A stretch of DNA of 64,000 nt from Octopus vulgaris (taxonomy: Eukaryota). Shown here in pieces: positions 54,268-64,000 of the stretch. The stretch covers positions 31,000,001 through 31,064,000 of the forward strand of contig OX597828.1 in assembly GCA_951406725.2 (NCBI GenBank), written 5' to 3'. A program made the translations under genes and the position numbers. The notes beneath the pieces were generated by a model. That model saw nothing but the letters and a program-made list of their open reading frames with translations. It searched no databases and was not told the DNA's origin. Each line of letters starts with the position of its first letter. The first letter of the stretch is position 1.

Positions 54268-57200
54268 GTTTGTGTGTATTTTGCCATAATTTCATCAGCT
54301 AATATAGAAATCTACAAGCAGACGGAAGGTATTTCCAATTGTTCTTAATCTTATGAAAATTTCACTTTTAAACATCTAAAGCAAAATTACTCAGGAATGC
54401 TATCTAATATATCCAGCTGTCAACTCTATCTTGTAAGCTTATTTATCACAGATATGAGAAGAAAATAAAATATAAAGAAAGATACATCTAACAGGATGCT
54501 ATATGATTTAAATTTAATCCCATCTCGACATGAACTAACAAAGAAACACAAACAAAAATTTAATTTAAATCGCATAGACTTAGATAATGCGCACCAGTAA
54601 ATATTCCTTTTGTTTTTACATATACAAACGGATACAGTATAATATACACGCACATGCACGTATATCACGTGCGTCTGTGTACATACATATTAATGTATAT
54701 GTATATATATATATATCCATATATCTATGTATCTATCTAGATACACATACGTACACAAACGCGCATAAATATGTTTCTTGGCATATATATGTGTATGTGT
54801 GTATATCACTGTACTTCTTTATATAAGTATCTGTGCGATTGTTTGTCTGTGTATAGAAGTACATAGGCACAAATGCTCGCAAAAAGCTACGCACATACAT
54901 ACACACACGTATTTAGAAGAATAGTTGTTTGCTGTGTATATACACAGTTCTGTAAGCACATAAAGATTAGCACCTACGCGATTAGTATGCGCACATGCAA
55001 TATAATAATATTTAACAGTCGCAACATATATACGTTCCTACCTTATACGTATGCTAGTACATTTCAAATCATATTTTCAAATATGTAGCTAAAATTAATA
55101 ACGATAATTCCTTTAGAAATATTGAGAAAATTCAAATATGACAAAGCTGAATGTTAATATTACTTTTGTTTACGATAAACTCATTATGTGCCACTTCAAT
55201 CTTCCGTAGTCATTGATAAATGTTGAAATTAAGTTACAGTAAAACGTTGAAATACATTTACCTCTCGATTTTTATTGAAAGTATAGTATTAAAGTAGTAT
55301 ATCTAACGTCCTTACAAACACGTTCTACAAATAATAATAAAAGAAAGTGTATGTTCCTGCGGTCACGCAGAATGACTGCTCGCTGATAAATCGTGTTTGA
55401 GTTTATTAAGCGTCTTCATTCTTTGGTTCTAAGATACATCGCTTCATTTAATCGCCAAAGTATTCATTTCTTGAACAGCTAAAATATCTATTCTCCCCAA
55501 CCTTTCTCTCTACTACTTCACATACTATTTGCCGTCTATCAGTAAGAAACAAATATTTCATCAGTATTTTGATGGTGCTACAAGAATCTAAATTGCGTGA
55601 AAGCCAGGATTTCGAACTGATTTTAATTTCTGATAGAAGCAAATTCACTTTGATAAGATATTACCATCAATAGAACCAATTTATCTTTTTGTATAATATA
55701 AGGTTTTGTATCGCCGTAACACAAGTTAAGTTTACTTTCGTAACTTGAACTTGCCCAGGTCAAGCAGCAGATCAATGGAGAGTCAAGTATGTTTTGCAGG
55801 TCTGATTACTGTTTCAAGAATATTTTCTTTTAATCTATTGAAATAAAACACACATTAAACCGTACTTTTGGTGCAGTAAACATGAGGTTCCATCTTTTAA
55901 GAATAAACGCATATTCCATTTATAATTAGCTAAGCCAGTGTGCATGCTTCATGGGTCAACTGTGATCACATAGCGTGACCACTGGGCAAATAGCACAAAC
56001 TATTTTCATCACTTTCTTGGTAAACAATATTAAACTCCTGAATCATTTGATATTTGTTGAGAGTGACATATAAAAACCTCAACTTTTGGAGATATCTTGC
56101 GGCGACCTCCTTCTTACTTGGTCGTCTACTGAATATACATTACGCACAGCACATAATCTATCTAAGTTTCCAGTTGTGTCTCGGTTTCCATTTGGAAATG
56201 AAAATATATAGCTCTTTCTAGATAGAAAATACACAAAATTCTATCAACAGTTTTTAATCTTTCTCAGTCTATATATGTCCCAGTGGTGATATTGTCTGAA
56301 CCCTCGTCGCCACTGATATGTCCCACGATGATGACGTTTTTCGTCGTCTCTACGTACCTTCGACGACAGACCCTACTGACAGTCAGCCATTTATTAATAG
56401 TGGACCAGCTCACTTCTTGCATGGAGGCGTCCGCCACAACAGTCTGCTATATATATTGCACAAGCCAAAGGGTATATTTCTGACGATTAGACCTAAACGT
56501 TTATGTGTTATCTATTATGCACTACAGTAAAGATGTTGCAATATCGTATAAATGACTGTTTCTTCTGCTATCTTCAGTCACTTTCATTGGCCTAGGGATA
56601 TGAATCCACTTTTAGCAAGAACGGAGAACAATTTGCTTCACACTCTATACCATAATTCGTTCGAGAACGTCACTATACGCAATTATGTTGTGTTTCCAGG
56701 AAAAGTAAGTGGAATATTAACACAAAAAGGAAAACCTATGGAAAGATACTTTCTGGATTCACTTTGTTGTACTTTCAGTACAGAGTTTTCTTTAACGCAT
56801 TTGTCATTGAAATTGATGGATTTTAGAATAATTTATTTCGTAAAAGCTCATAATTCGCAAATAAATTGTATGAAGTTTTGATCCCGCTTACTCCTTTGCA
56901 GATTAACTCAAAATTGAATATTCCTCAAATTTCTAAGCGACCTACCATCATTATACCCCGTAGTTTTATAAAGCAAGAAACGGAAAAGGAATACAAAGTC
57001 TCATTCAGCAAACTTAGCGTAAGCTTTTATGACATCAAGCACAAATATGTCAATGTAAAGAAAAACTGTACATTTCTTATCGATTGTTTTCCATTATAAA
57101 CATGTAGACTTTAACCACAAATTACCTAAAATAACATAATTATTCCATTCGCGAGCAACATAAACATGGAACTTCTAAATTGTTAAATCTCAGAACAAAC

Positions 57201-59177
57201 TAAAGCTCGTGAGATTTTATGGAGATAAGACTTTAAAAGTTTCACCTGGACAGCTTTTGAAATGGGAGATTTCTTGTGTCGGATCATATAATTAACTAGC
57301 TCTAACATCGACTAATATTATATTCTATTGTTAGCAATGTGTATGGGAGTCACTACCCGCAAATCCTTCTGCGGGTATCATTCATGTAGCTTACTCTCAA
57401 ACACATTATTAGACGTACTCCTCCGAAGTTTTCTTTGTGAAGCCCACTGTTTATTGAAATTAATTTCCTGTGTGTTCGGATCAAAGTGGGTGTTAGGCTC
57501 AAATATATACTTTAGCATTAATAATATAGAGTTAACAAAAATACACCAGTGTATGGAAAGCTCACAGTAAAATAAAGAAAATACATCGATGATACAGGGA
57601 AAAATATCTTTTAGTGACAAAGAGCAATAGTTTCCACAGGATTTTAGCATTGCTCACACAAAGTTTCAATAAAATATCAAATGTCTGAAGCATGTCACAC
57701 AGAGCGGGAAGCTTCACATTTTTAAAGATGCATGGTGAACTTGGTTAAAAACATGTTTTTCTTTCAAGGAAAATGTTATAAAATAATTAACCCTTAGTGC
57801 GTAACTGCTCTCAGCAATGTTGTCATCATATACCTTTTTTTTTTCTTTATCAAAGGTGGATTTCAACGCGCACAAAAGAAAAAAAACGATAGTAAAACAA
57901 ACGAAATACGCAACAAAAATTTGGGGGTTTTCTGTTCGTAGCGAATGCCATATAGTTAGCAGTAATTAGACGATGCTACTATAATAGCACAATAAAGAAA
58001 AAAAAGTTTCTAACAATAATGCTTTTAATCGATTTCATGCTCACTCGTTTTTGCCTTACAATTTTCGTTTTAGCAAAGAATTTAAAAAGTGGAAATGTAA
58101 TTATAGAAATATGTTTTTTTTATTGGTTATTTTTATTTTGTTCAACTTTTAACTAATGGATATTATTTCGGTTTTCATTGAGTGAAAAATATTAACTATT
58201 TCTATACGGCAAATAGTCAATAACGTCAAATAATATTTCTCTCAGATAAAAATGGTTGAAGTTCACATATATTTATGTCAGATTTATTCTTTGTCTCGTC
58301 GTCTGCTATATTTTGAATTATGATAAATGGAAAATATTTCAGTAAAAATTTTAATTTATATAAATTGTTTTCTGTAGCGTTAATTACACATATACATATC
58401 GTTCTTTAAGACGTTTAATTAGGATGAAATGATCCATAAATTAATTGGTATTTTTAATTAATTTTAGTAAAAGACATACCTCAAGTAGAAGTATCAATTA
58501 TTTTAAACACGCAAGAGTAATAAATGGAGTTAATTGCTACACAGATATATCGCTTCATTGATGATCATTTCTAACGACATATAGAGAAATACACTTCTAG
58601 AGGACTGTAAGACGGCAAAATTGCCATCGACTGTTCAGTTCTCGTGCGTATATTATAAATGCAGCAAAAAGTAACGCGTGGCAACTTTTCAAAAACGACT
58701 GAGAAGTTCTTCTTCAATGCAACTGTGGAACAGTAAATAGTGAATAGACAGAATAGTTTAGGTTATAATAATATGAAATATTTTCTGGCATTGTCTATAA
58801 TTCAAATTTATCCACACACACACACAAACAAACACATACAAGCATAAATATTTATTTATTTATACATACATATATATGTGTGTGTGTGTATGTGTGTGTG
58901 TGCGTGTGTGTATATATTACGAAAACATTAAATATATTAAGTTCTATTTAAACGAATATACAATATACACGTAAGGATTCTAATGGAACGCGTTTAAGTT
59001 TTATTTGATACTAAAACCTGATCATTAAAGCTAAATAATATTTCAGCATATATATTTACGAAGCTTGTCTGCTGACATCCAGGAGCTTTTTGTATACATA
59101 CTGTAATATACATGTTTTTGTATGTCTATATGTATAAATGCATATACATATATATATCCATATCTATGTGTATCTCT

Positions 59178-59234
<57 letters not shown>

Positions 59235-59365
59235 TGGAACACCTATGCACATATCCGCAACCAGAAGTAGGCATACTTATAGATGATTCTCGATCTAATT
59301 GCTATTTTAAGCTTTAGAAAAACTATAAAAAATTGAAGGTCATCTTCGTTCACTACTGTCCAGCA

Positions 59366-59447
59366 ACGTCGCAACTCATTTCTACAGCTGAGCGAACTGG
59401 ATAAACGTGAAATAAAATGCATTGCTTAAGAACACAACGCACAGCCC
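59366..59447 (-). mobile_element. SINE type D CORE-like fragment
   Basis: Reverse complement of 36917-36998 (ACGTCGCAACTCATTTCTACAGCTGAG.GAACTGG). Confidence 0.8.
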
Positions 59448-59500
59448 GTAGACCCTATTCTGTATGAGTATGTGTCTGTTATGCATGTTAATATGTGTAT

Positions 59501-59945
59501 TGTAAAAGCTGTCTGAAAATTTCATTCATTGGCTATGGAGGAATTATGCTAGATTGGTAAAATCTTGAAGTATTAATTTCAATTTCTTTAACTGTTTCGT
59601 TCCAGGAAAACTTATATCTGACTGTTCAAAGAAGACTTCAAAAATGACCAATAGATAATGAACAAATTTTGGTATTGAAGTGGAGTGAAGAGTTTGTCCC
59701 CAACTATTGCTACAATTGAGGATGATGCGCCAGTTTTATCATCAGTGCAAACGAGGGTGGCTAACCTTATTAGGGAGATGGACACTCATGAAGCTCAACC
59801 AGAATCTGAACATCCTGCTTCAGCATAATATGACGGATGGCAGGCGATTTGTGTCTAAAGCAAGTAACGAAATCTATTATCCTTTTGTGAGAGAGCTGAG
59901 GATATTCTGCACAATGAACTTGGTATAACCAATGTTTTTGCTCCG
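59501..59945 (+). mobile_element. Highly degenerate mariner 5' fragment (HTH region)
   Basis: Pieces MNKFW, ATIEDDAPVLSSVQTRVA..E.HPAS, MTDGRRF and ERAEDILHNELGITNVFA correspond to mariner GDDAP.LSTV.KW...DDPRSGRP, DRR and ILH.ELG..KV.ARWVP. The 5' boundary is uncertain. Confidence 0.7.
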
Positions 59946-59984
59946 ATTTATGGATATATGGAAGCGATGACAAATGACTGAAAG

Positions 59985-60327
59985 CCTTGCTGTTTTGCTG
60001 TCCTGGAGAAGACTCTTTAAGCCAGGTGAAATCTTAGTCGTGGTCATTGCTGTTAGCATGTTGAGCCTCACGGAGGCGATGTCGAGTAAACCCAATGAAA
60101 ACATAGCCGTGGCCGTTACCAGTGTCATGGAAATGACACCCGTACATGTTAGACGTAAAAAGCACCAATTAAACTTTTGGAGTGGTTGGCATTAGGTAGG
60201 GCATCCAGCCGTAGAAACCATGCCAAATAAGACTGGAACATGGTGCAGCTCTCCGGCTTACCACTTCTAGTCAAACTGTCTAACCAATACCAGCACGGAA
60301 TGCAGACGTTAAATAAGGAGGAGGATC
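59985..60327 (+). mobile_element. RTE-related non-autonomous retroelement fragment
   Basis: GGTTGGCATTAGGTAGGGCATCCAGCCGTAGAAACC resembles the motif common to RTE 5' UTRs and RTE-associated SINEs. It ends GACGTTAAAT plus a short triplet tail. Only one copy in the window, so this rests on recognition alone. Confidence 0.55.
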
Positions 60328-62031
60328 AATTCATACATACATGCATACATAATACACACACACACATACTCTCTCTCTCACTCTTATACATACACACACT
60401 CATATATATATAGATACATATATATACATGTATGCATGTGTGCATACATACATACACGCATATATACATATATAATGTCTATCACTTTTATAGTTGCCTA
60501 ATAGTGGTTTTATCTCTAATTTAATTTATATATATATATATATATATTTATGTTTATATATATATATATGAATACACACACACACACATATATGTATATA
60601 TATATATATAAATATATCTATCTCTCTCTCGATATATATATATATATATATATTGCATGTATAAATACACACACACACATACATATTCACACACACACAC
60701 ACACACACACACCTATATCATCTTGAAATAACTTATCATAAAGGTATTTCTTATTAGTCTTTGCAACAACGTTTTTATATAATTGATATTATCTAATGTT
60801 GCTTTGAAATTTATGAAAATATATTTCTTAAAATCGCACGAAGTTTATTATCTATAATTACGTATTAAAGTTTGAGGTTGGTGTAGTAATGTCAACCAAA
60901 GTTGTACAAATAATGCAGTTCCTTTTAGAGAACGCAATTATAGACGTTTAAAGAATGTAGATATCAAATTAGAACCGAAAATTTTGTCGCATAGCAAAAT
61001 CATTGTCCGTGCTTGTCCATACTTCTTTTCTAAGATCAAGATACGTAATTAATAAGTATACAGACACTTAGTCATAAAAAAGCAGATAAAAGTAACTTCT
61101 ATACTTTAGGTTGATATAACTATGATTTTTCACTTCCCTTCTTAATGATAAAGCTTACGCAAATCTTTCATGTAACACATACACATGTATAAATATAATT
61201 ATTGTTTATCTTGTCTGATTTATTAGAAGCGAATTCCTAACCAACAACAAATGTATTTCCCACGTACTGGTTTTGTGAATTGCAATTATACAACAATATT
61301 ATTCTGATGTGTTATTACATTTACATAGCACTACACTTGCATAGCGATACCAACTACAAGTTATTAAAAACCTGACATAATGAATCACCGTCAATTCAGC
61401 AAAGCTAAGTAAATGTACATTCCTTTGAAACTGGGCAATAAATTTGTCATTATTAATAAATATAGAGAGCAGGCGAATATATATTGCTCCTTGTTTTGTG
61501 TTTCCTTATTCGTTGGGTACTCTCTTCAAGGTGTCTCAAGAAATATACACCATAATGAAAATACAACCTATGCAAAAGAAACATTATTAATACAACAATA
61601 AATTCCATAATAACAGATATTGTATTATCGATTGCACATTTTTCAATATCAGAAGCTTCTAGTATCTTCTATTTCAGGTATAAAAGTCTTGATATGTAGT
61701 CTATTTGTTTTTAATATGTGGTAAATAAAATGATAATTTATATACATATGATTAACTCTAGAGCAATTTTATAACCAACTCTATATTTCTCTGTTCTGTT
61801 TTATTTGTATAGTTAAAATACAGAATGCAAGTTAGGTATATCGTTTATTTAGTGAGAAAATAAATAAACCAAAGTACTTCGTTTTACGGTTACGATATTT
61901 CATCGTAAACGGTACGCTTTTTTTCTATTTTTCACAGTTTTATATGTGAGCATCCTAATATATGGAAATGTTTGAATATAAACACAAACACACACACACA
62001 CACACACATACACACACACATACACACACAT

Positions 62032-62068
<37 letters not shown>

Positions 62069-62462
62069 CAGAGTGAGTGTGAGACATAGAGCGGGAGAGA
62101 GAAAAACATAGACAGGCAGGTAGACAGGCAGATAGATAGATAAATAGATAGATAGATAGATAGATAGATACATACATACATACATACGTACATACATACA
62201 TACGTAGAAGTAATATGGAATCAATGGATATTTCGAAGTTCAGCAAATGAAAACGCAATATTTGCAGTGCCAGCTGAAATAATTCTTAATGAGATCTACG
62301 CATTAATCAAGTTGACATAGGATCAATACATTCCAAATACGCGTGTGTTTGTATACACACACTCACACACATACTCACGGATACACACATACACTCGCAT
62401 GCACATACACATATGTAGTTCCTGTGTATACTTAACTGTAGCAATAATTATTGTTAATTAGC

Positions 62463-62527
<65 letters not shown>

Positions 62528-62724
62528 AAAAATAAGCAACAAGAAGGGATCCGGTAATTTAGTACAATTGTTTCATACTATAACAATTTATTAAAGCTGC
62601 AAATATTTCAGCAGATATAATATGCCAAGTAATCTTCAGCTAATTTCATATAGGTTTTCCAATAATGTAAAGTTCTCAAATCAATTAGTAACATCTTAGA
62701 GAGTATATATATATATACATCTAT

Positions 62725-62760
<36 letters not shown>

Positions 62761-62897
62761 TCACTAGGGTTACAGTATGATAAAATTCATTAGGAACTAT
62801 CCGATTAAGCTTACAACATACTTGTGTTGTTCATAATAACGTGTGATTACAACTGCATGCATCTCTCTCTATGTCTCTGTCTCTCTCTCCCTCTCTC

Positions 62898-62944
<47 letters not shown>

Positions 62945-63367
62945 CTAAAGTTAAGAACATCTGGAAGAAAATGATACATTATTTTGAGAAATTAAACAAC
63001 ATTTAAATCTAATGTAGTTAAAAAAAATGGAATCAACTTTCATTTCAGCATGATATTTTTTTCTAATTTTGGTTCTTTCTGACTTTCTGACGAATTCATA
63101 TTATTGTTATTATGCATGCAATAAATATATATTAATGCTAAATGTTTATTTGAGGATGCAAGTATTAGTTTTCCGGCGAAAATTATGTAATGCATCGTTT
63201 CGTACATTCAAAAGGAATGTATGCATATATTATACGAAAGGTATTGCAAAGTGTTATTCAGTGATATGTTCAACTACATCTACTGAACTGCTGCATCAGC
63301 TGTCGCAGCAGAGCTGTAAAAGTTATAAGAGGTTACCTAAGTAATCATAAAGTGTATTAGTATTATA

Positions 63368-64000
63368 CAGTGTCACCGGGGATTGCATCTTCGTGAAGGG
63401 GTTTTCTAGAATTGGCTGCTAGGGATTAATTGCGGTTAGTACCAAATATAAGATACTGACAAATATTGGTTTGAAATTTTGCTATATGGCCAGCAAATAC
63501 ATCTGCTTGGTTTTGGGCCCAAGCTCATCTTTAGTGATGCAAGCAGAACGTATGGTGTCCTTCTTGATCGCATCCCACATACAATAATCTATGAAGTTAC
63601 AATCGGTAAGATTAGGAAACCAGAAATTTTGGCCGGCGTAGTAAAACATTTTCTGACACCGAATTTTGAATCTTTCTGGAACTATGGCGGAGAGTTGTAT
63701 GCTTCTGCCATTTATATTACCTTCCAGTAGTATCACTGTTAAGCCACGGTTTCGCCACAGTCTCCTGAAGATCTAAATAGCCATCTAAACTGCTTCTTAC
63801 ACCCTGTTCAAAGATGCTGTGTGGCATGACCATTACATCGTGTTAAAACTTTGGTTTCGTGATATATGTCAGATCGCGTAGATTTTAAGCACGCCACCTG
63901 TTGTCTTGGATGTTGTGCAACTAATCCTGGCAGAATTTCCTTTCATTTGAGAAGGAACAAATCCCTCCCCAGCTAAGCACGGTGCCTCAGCTTCTTCATG
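63368..64000 (-). mobile_element. Degenerate Tc1/mariner-superfamily DD37D (maT-like) transposase remnant, running off the window end
   Basis: Minus strand reads FSNERKFCQD*LHNIQDNRW, VMPHSIFEQG..ETVAKPW..GR*YKWQKHTTLRHSSRK and FWFPNLTDCNFIDYCMW, matching FSDEK.F, WQQD.AP.H and WPPNSPD.NPLDY. Possible terminus TA|CAGTG at 63368. Confidence 0.8.

Noticed and set aside
59606-59945. Exon-like segment after TTCGTTCCAG
   Set aside because: It has stops and frameshifts, and the pieces match a mariner transposase N-terminus.
62525-62703. TA-flanked segment with faint PLE-terminus resemblance (minus strand GAAATTAGCTGAAGA...AATAAA)
   Set aside because: No hammerhead core or stems are recoverable; it is too degenerate to call.

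Overview
This is AT-rich, microsatellite-dense eukaryotic DNA. The repeat repertoire points to an octopus genome (inference from repeat recognition, not a database search). I found no convincing host protein-coding exon, tRNA or rRNA, and nearly all ORF-track entries are microsatellite translations, so the window looks intronic or intergenic. It contains: four tRNA-headed SINE types (labelled A-D here) with exchangeable tails; four mariner remnants and one maT/DD37D-like remnant; LINE fragments of CR1, HERO, R4/Dong and L1/Tx1-like type; and several short TA/TAA-flanked non-coding elements carrying minimal type-I hammerhead-ribozyme-like motifs of the kind found in Penelope-like elements (PLEs). 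The most interesting signals are: (1) recurring non-canonical hammerhead cores (CCGANGA, CUGUUGA, CUGAUGC) in several PLE-like families; (2) a ~400-bp-arm inverted repeat whose spacer is an inverted copy of upstream flank; (3) several template-switch scars, namely an exact 48-bp inverted templated insertion, an A-B-A-C-B duplication and a 73-bp SINE head duplication; (4) apparent partitioning of retroelement families among different microsatellites. All alignments and translations were done by eye, and family names and activities need computational or experimental confirmation.
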